Positions 45,199 to 58,804 of a DNA stretch of 64,000 bases are shown in pieces. The stretch is from Ruditapes philippinarum. Its lineage: Eukaryota. Position 1 is the first letter of the stretch. Each line of letters starts with the position of its first letter. The notes below the pieces were generated by a model that was not told where the DNA came from, searched no databases, and saw nothing but the letters and a program-made list of their open reading frames with translations. The position numbers were made by a program, and so were the translations under genes. The stretch is taken from assembly GCF_026571515.1 (NCBI RefSeq), contig NW_026851932.1, forward strand, positions 248,001 through 312,000, in the 5' to 3' direction.

Positions 45199-47610
45199 TG
45201 AATAAAACAGTATTGAATACAAGTTGTAGTAAGCCGCTTACATTAAATATTAAAACATGCACGTTTTCCACCCTTGTTTATTTACATGTGTATTTATTCA
45301 TTTTGACCATGCACGAACATATTTCGTGATTAGCTCCTAATTGATGCACCGGTTCTGCGTGCACGGACAAATTCCGGCATTGTATGGCAATTTGGTTGTA
45401 ATTAACACGATCAAAATAACACGTAAATATTGATACTTCAGCTCTTTTGTGCGTCAGATTGAACAAATCTAATCCGCTACCCGGATATCCCTATCACAAG
45501 ATCGATTACAGTTTTTATGTCGATTTATTGCTTAATTTTCAATAAAGTTATGAAATATCTTAGCAATTTAAATCAGATATAGAATGTATGACGAATGTAT
45601 GAAAGCCCTCTTAATAGGTCTCTTTTAAATCGTTTGCAATAAAATAAATAAATAGATAAATAAACATGAAGGAAAATAGTTTTAGATTGATATCAGACCT
45701 GCGTCAAGTCGGCTTTTGACCTAATGTCTATTACATTTCCCTTGAAAAGTGCAAATGTACTTTTATTTCGACCAACAGAGATTTCTCTATTCTTTCCTTT
45801 TTTAAGATTTTCTACATCTCTACATCTAAACATTTAAAAAAAACCTTAAGATTATTGTCGCCCAAGACAGAAATGACGAAACCAAACTAAATTGACAAGA
45901 AGCTTTTTAAACTCGTACAGTACAGTATATTTTTTCATTTTTCAAAGAGTGCTTTTGCCAGAGATGCTAGAATCCACAGGCTCCGGGTATACTCTATAGT
46001 CTTTGAGCTACGTGCTCGCACACACACATTCAAGTTTTAAATGGGTAAAAGACTTGACTTTCTCATCATTGGGTTTAAGAAACGCTTGTGACTTGGGCTT
46101 CTTACTTTTACTCTAAACTTCTGTGCTAACAGATACTCCAAGAGGACTGTAAAACATGTTGCCGCGAGTTTAAGCACGTCTGGCCCATTCAGCGGCTGGT
46201 CACGTGACCTCTAAAAGTCGTCTGCAATGCCAGCGATTTTTTTATTACATTTTTTAACACAAAACCTTAAATGTCATATCATTACAGAATATCATGTGGT
46301 CACGATATAGATTGTAACACTATAATATATTATACTGCATCGTATTGTCTGGTGTAGTAATAAATTGTAACAATGGCCAAATTAATGCCAATAAAATAGA
46401 ATAAGATCTGAACGACTGTCTTATATAAGTATATCTAAAGTCTGGGGGTAATCAGGCGACGGACATGTTTTAATCTAAGTTACCTACATTTCATAAATCT
46501 GGCCTATTGAACAGTTTTTGGAAGCATTATTGTAAGTTGTTGCACAGAATAACTTTAGGAACAGACTTATCTTTGAAATACTCTCAGTGACACACATTTT
46601 AACAATAATTACTTTGAGGATAATTATCCTCAGTGAATTTGGACATTATCTCTCTTCAAAAACATTTTTACTCAATACATTTTTTTTCCATCGTATACTA
46701 TCATTATTGGTGCCAAATGACGCAAGCTCATTTATTTGACGTTATTCGTGACGTCATGAAATTCTTGATCCGTTATGCGTTCCTTGTATTTATTTATCTC
46801 ACTCAGTTTTAAACAGTATCATAACTCAGATATTTTCAATATCTCATCGAAGAAAAGTTATTGATGCTCATAAGTAAAAGATACGTTGCCCTTATTAATA
46901 TTTTCAAAATGATGCTGGTAAATAGCTCTACTGCCGTACCTTAAATGCACACTGGGTCATATTTAAAACAAACAAACGTTGTATGTCCCTAACAGTTAGT
47001 TTCGACCAACATTGCATTATACATGTATTGTAACTTAATAAATAATGGCGATCAACAACCTCTGCGTTGGTCAAAATACCTCACATTTGAGCTCTTTGTG
47101 CTCAGAGGAGCTGAAAATAATGTATTGAAGTCATATTATCATCTGCGGCTTTCGAAACTCCCATAACGAAAATAATCAAGTAGTTTTCTGTCTTACATAT
47201 TACATAAACATATACATGTATATAACCATCTAGATAAATAATTTAAGTTAGGAGTATTTTCCTTAGTGTCACTTATTCTTTTTTATGACTTTTGAAAACT
47301 GGTCACAATAGTTAATGACTTAAGTACCTATGTCAACCTACCTACATATCAGCTCTCTTAAAGACACATAAAGCCTAAAAAATGATTTTTTTCTTCTCTA
47401 AATAGGCCCAACATGTGTTTATAATATTATTGAAAGTAATGGATTAAGAGCATATTAGAAGAAAGTAATGCTGACAGTGATTTTTCACCTTATATAACAG
47501 ACTTACCAATAGAAATTTTCTTTCAAATCATGCAGTTAAAAAAAACCCAAAACAATTGGACTTGCAGCACATTTTTGCGACCACCCCCCCCCCCCCCCAA
47601 AAAAAAAAAA

Positions 47611-47753
47611 ATCATTAGGCTTAGGTCTATTCCCATCAGAGTGAATTTGAAGTAAGTAATCATGATGCTTAGGTCTATGCCCATCAGAGTGAATTTGAAG
47701 TAAGTAATCATGAGGCTTAGGTCTATTCCCATCAGAGTGAATTTGAAGTAAGT
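47611..47753. repeat. Minisatellite, 3 x 48 bp
   Basis: ATCAT(T/G)A(G/T)GCTTAGGTCTAT(T/G)CCCATCAGAGTGAATTTGAAGTAAGT at 47611, 47659, 47707; preceded by C-run and A-run homopolymers. Confidence 0.9.
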
Positions 47754-50700
47754 ACCAAAATGTATTGTACTAGATCACAAAATGCATAAAAAGAGCAAAA
47801 TATAGATCAGCTTTAGAGCCAGTGAAATAACTGCCTGGAAACTGTAGCAGGACACCAAAAATTGTAAGATCTAATCAAAACATGGACCTTTATATAAAGT
47901 CTCTGATAAAAAATAATATCTTTTTTTTGAAGTGGGATGGAGGTGCGAGCTTAATGGGATTTTCCTATATCAAAACCCATTAAGACAACTATAGCCAGCA
48001 GAGAAAGTTCATAGCAAAACATGAAAAGCGTATATTGATAGATTCAATGAATATTTTATTAGGAATGTAGGTTTCCTGGCAAGTTGGCCTCAAAAGTGTT
48101 GATCAGGCAAATCTGAATGTTTTAAATCTTTAATTATATTGTGCAATATACATTGTAAAAACACACTGTGAAGATTGGTAACATAATCCACTATATCATG
48201 TTTCAAAACATTATCCATTCAGTCTACATGTTAAATGGACTGGAATAAATGAACATAAAACAAGCTATAACCTATTCTAGTTAGTATGCTAACTTATGAA
48301 TATAGGAAATTGTCTGACGAAATAATTTGAATATTTTATATTTTTTTTAATTGATTTTTTTTAAGGTTACTCTCCTGATTTTTTTTTTAAATGACAGAAA
48401 TGGAAATATTTTTTTCTAGATTTTTAAACAATTTGATGACTAAGTCAGATAACTTAAATGTCTGCAAAATTTCATATCATTTGCTCATCTGGAATTTTCC
48501 AGAATAATCTTTTATTATGCAAAATTACCTGAACTTAAATGTGTTTAAAGGCTTCTATAGATAAGAATTGCACTAAATATTGAATTTCCAATTTAATTTT
48601 CTGAGCATATTTCTTTATTAATATTGTCTTTTTCCATTATGACTATAATAAATTGTATGTTTAAAATGCCGTAGTTGATCTTTGTATGATTTTCATTATT
48701 TTTTTTTATGTCTGTAGGCTTTGGAACTCAGTGGAGCTCCTTTAAATATTGCTTCATACCCTGACAGTCTATTCTTACAATAACTGTTGTCTTTTCTTTT
48801 TTTTTAACAACTACTGTTGTCAACTCCCATGTTGTTAACTCGAGTTGGCTGCTGAATTTGAGTAGATTCTTGGACTGTTCTAAATTCAAAGCAGTCCAAT
48901 TAAAGCAGGATACCTAACAATGGCCAGAAAAGAATGGAATATTTTTCTACCAAATCAATTTTTGCAATACTAAATACATCTCCTTTAATTTAAGAAATAA
49001 TACTTTGTTGGATTTACTTAAATGTCACATGAGTGGCTAACAGTGTACTAGGCCTACCTGTAGTATAGATGAGCATGCTGAGATGGCATTGGTTTGATGG
49101 TATACCTGCTGATTGTTGACAGAAAATGTCTTAAAATCATTAATCTTTAACCCTTAATCTATCGGAACTTAGTGATTAGCCTTTTCCAACAATATATGCA
49201 TATCTGTACACTACAGTCTAATCAGGTCCTATGATACTGTAGGTAGCTCATTTTTGTGCAATTTGCTATTGAAATTCCTTAATTTATAAATGATCAGTTT
49301 CAAAAATTCAATAAATAATACAGCAAGTTAAGAGCTTGTTAAAATTAATTGCAGACAAAGGTTAAAGAAATATTTCATCTCTCCTCTTTGGCCAGGAGTC
49401 CATTAAATCTTGTTATTTTTTATACACAAACACATAACCTTTACCAAACCAGTTTACAACACAAAACTTTATAGACTAAATTAAATATATTGAAACAGAC
49501 TTTAAGATATTTATCAATGCAAATTATATTAAGTAGCTTATGAAATTATATTCTAAATTATGGAATTCCTCCAAGAATGTGTTTTGACCCGTAACTCTCA
49601 GGTCTGTTGCCCATACCCACTCCAGGATCTAAAGCTTACTTCACACCAAGTTTGAGCATAAAGGATCGCACATGGGTCATTGCCCGCCATTGAGAACCAT
49701 CACCAATCTGATGAACAGACACCACCTTTCCGCAGGATTACATATCTTAAAACAAATAGTTCCCAATTTTAAACAATTGCGACTAATATGCGTGTCAATA
49801 TAAATAAAGTCGGTAGACAATCTGATTGAATTCAATGAAAATTAGCACATAATGGTGTATCATGTATCCAAATGATTGGTTAAGATAAAAATTTAAACTA
49901 ATGATAGACTGAATGAGGCTAATTTGCACGGCCCTTTTCAATTAGGTCAAAAATATGCAGAAATATTTTTCGTTTAATATAATTTTTCAGTAAATTGCAC
50001 AATTTAATGGCAATTTCTGTATTTTCAATTCAATTACTTTTCAGGTCTAATATGTTTCTTTTGAAATTAATTTTTTCATGTCAAAAGAGTAGGCCTTTTA
50101 TCCAGTAATTGTTCAATATACCATTTAATGTCAGCAATGATATTAAATTAATGTCATTAAAGCCAATCATGTCACATTGACAATTTGACTGGTTTAATTT
50201 AGATCGATGAAAGAATGCATTGATTGATACTCTTAACTATGGCAGATATAAAAAAATATATTGAAAAATAATAATCTTTTAATGGTGTTTGCAATTATCT
50301 TATTTACTGAATATTTAACTACCATTTAGATCATAAGTATTTTGTGTATTTAATTCTATCAAATTAATGCAGTGACAAGGATTATAGGACATTGTCATAA
50401 AACCAGGTTTTCTGCCAAAAATACATACAGTATGTGAAAAAAGTGATCAAATGGCCTAATAATTTTGTTTGAAAAAAAAAAGCAGCAGGGGTCATGGTCA
50501 CTATACATATGTGACAGTTCCATTGTAATTTCTTAAGAAATGTAGGAGTTGCGCAATAGAAGAAATTGTAACATGTATCAAAAAATTGCACAATACTATG
50601 CTCATTTTTTTCAGTCAAGTTAACATGAATTAAATTAATATTTCAAAAGACTGATAATTACATGTATAATGGTGATTTACTAACAGCTGATATTGAAAAA

Positions 50701-52883
50701 TGTTTCAGATAAAATATAAATCTGCCTAAATAATAAAATACTGTCCCACTTTTTTTCCCCATATAAATTGATCATTACAGGTAAATTCTGATGAATATTT
50801 ACAGAAATATATCCATGGGCCACACGAGTTATATATCCTTCATGCTAATTAAATTATAAAATCGAAAGAATTTATGGCAAAATGTCAACTTTGACTTGTT
50901 AACTCACTTTAAACCATGGAGTGGGCATAATATCACTTTAAAACACATCTTTTACACTTACATAATATTTACATGACAAATATAAAAATTCTCATTTCTA
51001 TTTGTAATGTGCACCTTGCATGGACAGTGATTTTTCTTTTTTTCTGTGCAAGTAAACTTCAGTGCTTATAAGATTAAACTTGAATCCAAATTTTCTGCCT
51101 TTTCATGACTATAATCTTTCAAAAAAAGAAAAAAATTCTGTGGTTCAATACATTTTTATTAAATTTCATGTAAATATTTTCTTATTCATAACTTATAGGG
51201 GGAATTTTTGCGTTTCAACATAGCTATTTTTATCTGGTAACTGCTATTATCAGTGGAATTATTGTTTGAATACTGGGGTATTAATCCAATACAAATATGA
51301 AATAAAGTAAAACTGTAAGCTACGGTGTAACAGGGCTTAAACTTGTTCAATACTTTATTGACTCCTCTAAAAGGAGCGTAATTTTCTGTTAAAATTTCAA
51401 GACCTGTGTATAAACACGGCTGTAGAACACTTTTAAAGGCACTTAAACGAAAACCTTTGAAAAGAAAACACGGTTGACCTAAATTTCAAAACTTAAGAAC
51501 TGTTATTTTACAAAAATCTACTAATATAATTACATTCTACATTATAATAAGGAAAAAAGTTTTGTTTAGAGGTCAGCATACTTGACTTTTTTGCAACATG
51601 ATATTAATTTTGTAAAACCATTTATAGCTAGCTGCTTCAGGTTTTTTTAGCTAATTGGCTTGATTGTTCACAGGTTTTTTCTAACTTACATTAATGATTA
51701 TTTGATTTTGCTTCAATTTTTTAAAACTAAATTGACACTAAATTGATGTAAACAATACAAAATAAAAAAAATCATGATCGTTTCATGCTAAAATGTTTAA
51801 TTGGTTCTTGTGGTGTTTCAAGTTTTTTTCTTTTTTTCTGTTGTATTGTTACTAGGGGATCATTATAAATCCATGAAAGAAGTTGTTCAAAGATGTCTTT
51901 CTTATTTGTTCGGATGAAAGTTTATTATTTGAACAATAAGGTAAATGACCTGAATACATGTATGTAGCACTCCCAATACATGCATTTTGATTCATCTATT
52001 TTCTAAAGAATTAAGTATGAACAATAAATCTACCATCCCTCATTAAATCAAAATAACATTTATTTTTCAAAACACCAATTCTTTTTTTTTCTGAATACAG
52101 ACTTACAAAATTTTGTCTACAGTATATTTTCAGTGAAAAAAAATAAAAATGTTGAAAAAAACCCAGTAAACCAGTTAAATACGTCAATAATCGATTAACA
52201 GTACAAAAATGGACACCATTTTTCTATAATTTCTTAACCGTTAAAAAGAAAACTATTAAGATGACAGGTAGAACATAATTTAATAGCTTTGTACGTTACA
52301 ACCGACCTAGATCCAAGGTCGATACTGTGTACAAAACATAGGGGGTCAACAGGTTATAATTATTCATAGTATAACAACTGGTAATAGTGCCAATAAATAT
52401 TGTGTAAATATTGTATTCCTAAGAGATTAATTCCAAATTGTGTTCCCCACGGCAGTTGAGATTTGGGTCACATAGGCGGAGAAGTACAGAAAAAAAATTG
52501 ATATGTTACTATTACAATTATATGTTTACCCGTTATCACTAGATGATTAATATACATTTATTTTGTTTGTATTTATTCCGCCATGGTTATTTCGATTTAT
52601 ATTTTGTTATCTATATAATAAAACTACAATCGATATTATCGTGCCAATGTATTGAATTTGTCTCGACAAAAATATAAAAAAATCTATAGAAATGATGTCA
52701 ACAATATCAACATATTTCCTTTTATATTTTGTTGCTATTGACACTAACTGTTCATTCAAAATTTCCTTATGCTTTGGTTCTAATATATAATAATTAAATT
52801 TTACACACATTTTCAATTTTTGTTTCCGGGACAATTTATTTTTTTGTCTCTCTTAATGTGTATTCTTATTATGGTATGTTGTT

Positions 52884-52963
52884 CTGTAGACAAGGGTACT
52901 GTTGTACTGTAGACAAGGGTACTGTTGTACTGTAGACAAGGGTACTATTGTACTGTAGACAAG
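52884..52963. repeat. Minisatellite, ~3.5 x 23 bp
   Basis: Repeats of CTGTAGACAAGGGTACTGTTGTA. Confidence 0.9.
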
Positions 52964-54822
52964 GCCGGGGATTTTTATTAATAATTATTTCCAAAAGGTA
53001 AAATCTTTAAAAAATCCCCTATGATTAATCATTTAGAGGTGGCTTATATAAATCAGCAGTTAACCTGCCAAATTAACTTTGTCACTACCCTCAGTATCTT
53101 TAGAGCCATGCCAATCTGCACATCCACACATTGTCTCAGAGCAGATTATTATACTGTTGTCTTCTTTATTTTAGAAGATCGAACCTCTTCTTTTTAATGA
53201 TCAGAACTGACCAAGGCCCCAATTGTGTTTCTTTGTTGGGATTTGTTAGTCACAACAAAACTTGCATGGGTAAACCTTGGATGCCATTCCATTAATGTCT
53301 TAACTGACACTACAGCTGATGGTCTTAAGCCTTAATCTGCTTAATTTCTTAACTGGACTTATCAGTTTCCATTTTTGGAACTGTCTGTTATTTATTTTGG
53401 GGAGATCAAGATCAAAATTTAAAGTTAGTCAGCCTATATAATACAGCTTGGTCAGATTGGCATATAAGTGCAGGCTGGCCTAGCTCTACGCTGGTGGTGT
53501 AAGCTAATCAGTTTTGGGTTCCAGGTAGCCTTAAGTTAGTACCACTGATGTTCGACAAGTCGGATTTTAACTGTCTTGGCAGGACTTTAACTCACAGTGT
53601 TGAACGAGAAAGCATTTAAGTCAATGCTATAACACCAGGAATGTGCAAAAACAAAGTGTTAGTCAAGTTCTTTAGACATCAATATTGAGCACATAGCAAT
53701 ACAACCTAGCAGTCAGACATAATGGCAAACTCTGTAACAAATGAATTTGATGCTTCTATCCATGACCTGGAGTTTAACTCTATAGCTCTATTGTTTAAAA
53801 TCAAAATATATAATCATACAAATTGGAAAATTTCATTCTCTGCAACAACTCCATACTGTACATGTTCACAATGTCAATATTCAATGAAAAACCATGATTT
53901 ACTGGAAGGACTCAAATTTTTAAGTTTAAAACTGCCGTTCTATAAATGATTAATTTCTTTTTCTTATCATCTATAAATCATTAAAGTGCATTTTAAGAAA
54001 ATATAAACCAGTATTGTAATTGAATAATGGTGGTAAGCATATGTGGGGGAAAAGGCCCCCCCTCAGATTTTCTACAATTTCATCAAAAATCATTTATCAT
54101 AAAATAATCAAACAATAAATGGATCTATAGCTTAGCTTAATTCATACCAAAGAATTAGAATTATAGAAAATCAATAAAAGATCATGGTAGATTAACTTAT
54201 TAAAATCCAAACCCAGCCATATATTACACTATTATTCAAAACAGCTGACAGAAAATCTATATGACAAATTATACATACATGGTATTTAGGGCGAAACAAT
54301 AAACAACAATACTTGTGTGGGATGTATGACATTTATTGAAATATGCTGAAATTTACAAAAATGACAATGAAAAATTTGAAAATGATCTTTTTACATTGCA
54401 ATATTATGTATTTAAATCTTGCACAAATTCTGCCGAGTCAGCAGAAACAACTATAAGATAGGACTATTCCTGACTTTGTTAAAATTCTGTTTCCTATATT
54501 AAAGGTACAGGCCTTAATTGCTGTGTCTTTTACTTTTATTGTCTGTTTGAAAACTAGTCACAAAACTCAGAAAAATGCACATGGAATTTGATTAAGTTCA
54601 CTAATATCTCCGACAAAAATAATTTTGGACAAATAATTTGTTTTTTGTACTGCTACTTTTTTATATAATATTTAATAAAGTTTTTGAAATCTTGGTTCCT
54701 GTATTTTATTAAGCAGACAGGTCTATGTCCATATAGTGTAGAATTTCATTCCACAATATGTTAAATCCTTCTGAAGGAGATAAAGTTATGATGAAATCTG
54801 TGATGTCATCATTTTATGTGTT

Positions 54823-54861
54823 CTAACCATCACCCTGACTTCCTCCTCTCACACACACAGC
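54823..54861 (-). CDS. Possible short terminal coding exon of an unidentified minus-strand gene entering from the right
   Basis: Acceptor TTTTGTTTATTTTCAG (AG at 54863-54862); reads AVCVRGGSQGDG* or CVCERRKSG*; minus-strand AATAAA near 54335. Confidence 0.3.
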   Translation of the reverse strand, partial: AVCVRGGSQGDG

Positions 54862-57148
54862 CTGAAAATAAACAAAATAATTGTCTTCTTTATTTTATAT
54901 CATGATTATGATATCTTAAATTATTAAGATCTGTTAATTCTAGAACGTTACCACATGCCGGACTTGTCCATCTTTCAATTTGGACAAGACCATTCATCAT
55001 TTTTAGGTAAACTTTCAAAATAAGAACTGACTGAATGGCAAACAGTGCAGACTATGATCAGGCTGAACTTGGTCTGCACAAGCCACATGGGCAGATTCAA
55101 TTTACCACTAGTATGTTAAGGATTAATGTCCTGATTGCTGCATCAAATAGAATCAAGAATATTGGAGAAACTAACAAATGCCCCAAAATTCACTTTTACA
55201 AAACTTAAAACAAGGCCTTCTTAAGCCTTCTTATGAGGCAAAGTAGGAAAATCTATTTTTAGTCTCAGTGACCTGAACCAAAACTCAGAAAAATGCTAAA
55301 TAAGACAAGATATCTTTTTATAGCTGAATCACAAAATCAACTCATTTATATACATGTACATATGATTCTTATACAATAAACAATACAATGTTAGTAGTTC
55401 ATAATGGCACATTACATGATGTATATAGATTTTACAACAATATGTGGGAAACCGGGATCACTGTATCATTTCTTGTGAGTCTATATTTTAATGTGTAAGA
55501 TTCATTGTGAGCACATGTATAAACACCTTTCATTTCATGGATTATTATTGTTGAAAGTTTAGTTACTTCAACTTGTAATATTTCTTGCCAGGATGTAGAT
55601 GTGAGCACAGGATGAAGTTGTGAGCACAGGAAGTAGGAGTGTTACCCACTTTGATATTAATATCATAATAAAAACCATCTGTCATTATGAATATAAAGAG
55701 TTATATATTCATAACAAAACTGAAATCTGTATCCCTAATTTGAGGTAAATTAGGGTTATTATAAGAATATCTTGACCTGTATCTTGTATTTTAATCGAAT
55801 GGATTTTACCAGGTTTGAATCTCACAAGGTGCAGAGGCACAAATCTGATCCTTTCTAGTATAATCTTGGAGAACTAAATAGAGGTAATAGAGCAATATAC
55901 TTATTTCATAACCCTTTTAACTTTTACCTTTTCAAATTTAACATAATATATTACAATGGTATTAGATCAGCATGGTAATTCTCATTCATACTAGTAAATG
56001 GTAAACTCTACAGGTCTTACTTGTGAATGTGGCACAAACACAAACACTTACATAGTAAATTATGTACAAGTAAGGTATGTCATAAAAGCAAGTACTTTAC
56101 AGGGGGGTAACAGATTTTTAAATCACAGGAGCAGTCAAGTATTCTGGCAATGCTTTATTCCCTCATGGTACACACACAGGAGAGTTTAAGTAATTTATTT
56201 ATTTTTATTCTAACCATGGTATCATGCTATCAGCAAATATATAAACATCCCTGTACCACACTGATCAAACAAACAAATTCATTGAATTCATATCCCCTGT
56301 CATGTAACATAACTCACTTGATTGAAATTTCTTAGTATCATATACTGCAAAATCATTATTATTCATCAGTCAATTATTTTCTGGTTTTCGTAGACACAAA
56401 ATTTAAGATCCAACAAAAAAATTTCATGGCGTCTGCTGTGAGACTATATATGTATCACATTATTTACAAGTTACCTTTTGGAAAAATAGACAGTCCATGA
56501 ATTTAAAAACCCATGAAAATGTTCTTTTTGACAAATCTCCGAAACTTCGTGCCCATGAACACAGTATGAACATGAGTGAAAATAAATTTGGTATCTTTAT
56601 ACTTCAAAGCCTATAAAATTTAGCAGTAAAAAGCCAATAGACATCCCTTAAGAGATAAAATGACATTAAAATATCATTATGACATTATGTTAATGTCACT
56701 TTAAAAAATACTATTTTAGGATTCAAGAGTGGTGAAATCATGCTAATCTATGCTCAAATTTAAAGTATATCAAATTTATTGAAACCAATTAAACCAGGAA
56801 TAAAGTGTCATTTAAAAATCAACTCTGATTTACTTGGCAATGCTAACTAAGGGACACACATGATTACATTGTATCTCTATTAATAATCTTCAAAAAAAAA
56901 TCCTGGAATCCCAAGATCTGACATTTTGAAAACTATAGAGTTTCAATGCCACCTTTCATCTTCGGCCTTTACATTTTGACTTTGAATATTACAGTGCATT
57001 AGCTTTACAATGTCATGGTTTACAATGCCTTCTTAATAATAAATGAAAAGCTAATGTGAAACCACAGTAATGCTTAACCTTGGGTACTACAATATCAACT
57101 AATCAATGCTATTAGTACTACAGTCTCTGGACTATTTACTGTTGTGAA

Positions 57149-57491
57149 CTAAAAGGAACTCCACTGAGGTCCAAAAGCCTAAAATCTTAAAACTTGAAAT
57201 TCTTATGCAGATTAAACAAAAAGATATGCAAAAGATAATTGAGAATTTTACTCAGAAATAAATTGGAACATCGTCCTTTGTGCTATTCTTAGCCCAGTTG
57301 GAGTGAAATGCTTTTCATTTTTGGAATATTTTTTTAAAATCAGAATACTGATTTTGGAAAAACATAGTGAGTAAATGATCTGCAATTTTGCATACAAGTT
57401 ATTTGTCTAGACGTACATTTAATGGAACATTAAATTTAAAAAAATAATTCTAGTCCATTCATGTCAAAAAGCTTCAGTTGAGTCCCTTTAA
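57149..57491. mobile_element. Copy of the Kolobok-like MITE
   Basis: AAGGAACTCCACTGAGGT ... CTTCAGTTGAGTCCCTTTAA; interior similar to 31281-31587. Confidence 0.7.
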
Positions 57492-58804
57492 TTTAAGTAT
57501 CCTGTTAAATACTGATGGACCATTCCAAATTCAAAGCTGGACACGTCCATTTGTAAAGACATAGAAAGCAAATTGCAAGCTGTTTAATTATTTATCAGTA
57601 AGGTTTTGGCAACTCAATAAAAGAAGAGGTTTATTATTGCAATTCAGAGGTATACTGTATATACCCACTATCAGATATATGTCCTAACACGGCAATAAAC
57701 TCTAATCAATACGTGAAATCGAGGCATTGAGTACAGATAACTTATCTCGGAACTTATTTACATTTTCATTGACGTGTAATTCATCAGCATTCCGAAGTAG
57801 ATTGTATTTGCATAAAATGTGCCCAAATACAGAAATTGTTTTATTTTTGTAACAGAGAAAAATGTTAAAATGTTTCGAACGGGATCATGTCAATCACATT
57901 ATCGGAACGACCCAGTCACATGCGGGTCAGACAGACAAGAGATATGGCAGTCGGTATAAAAAACACTCTGACATGGTAAGTAGTAATGGTAAGTAGTTAC
58001 ACGAATATTAAAGTGGTTGCCACGTGTTTAATGATACTTGACGGGGAAATAATTCAGAGCAAACACTGTAAAACTTATTACTTAACAAATCATTTATCTG
58101 TCACAATAAGATTATCTGCCACAATAAGATATATTAACATTTAAAGAAACCAGTGGGTGCATGAGGTGTACCTGTAACATTGGTAATTATTATTTATTAT
58201 ATAGTAACAAAATTTAGGGTATTTCAAGGCCATTACGGACATCTTCAGGCCATTATCGCATTATAGCGAGCAGCAACGAAGTATTAAACTCTAATCAAAA
58301 CCTTTAAATGGGTATGAAATACCATACTGAAACAAAAAAGGATGGACAAAAGATTTTACACAAAGAAAAAAAAAAACTGGGGGTGCCCCTTGTGCATTTT
58401 TCGGGCAAAAGGGGGATCTTGCTAGAACCACTAATTTCTAGCCCCTCACTGCCGAAAAAACTTCCATATATAATGCTCTAAAAATCTCTGGTTGTTTCAA
58501 ACCCTACGCTGCTGGTTTTGATAAAAATAACCCAAGCCAACCAAGCGACGAACTTTTAAAAAAAATTTTCGTGTACATAAAATGGGAAATGTGAAAGATG
58601 CTGTCAAAAAACGCAAAAAACCCTAAACAACAGAAAGGGAGGCCAGTGTTGAGATAAGAGCAAGTCGGGGGGTATTTTAAAAACATCAATAATCCGATAA
58701 AAACTCCGCAAGTAAAAATATCTTAACACGGCTTAAATTAAAACCTCACTAATAGAAATCAACTTTTTAACAAGTTTCTGAAACCTTATCCCCAGTTAGA
58801 TGAA

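Noticed and set aside
49640-49745. Selenoprotein exon, SECIS or hammerhead ribozyme
   Set aside because: TGA codons and a CTGATGA are present, but I could build neither a SECIS core with apical AAA nor a GAAA/UH hammerhead core.
57640-58800. Possible further DNA-element insertions (direct repeat TAAACTCTAATCAA near 57697 and 58286)
   Set aside because: Boundaries, TIRs and TSDs could not be defined from a single copy.
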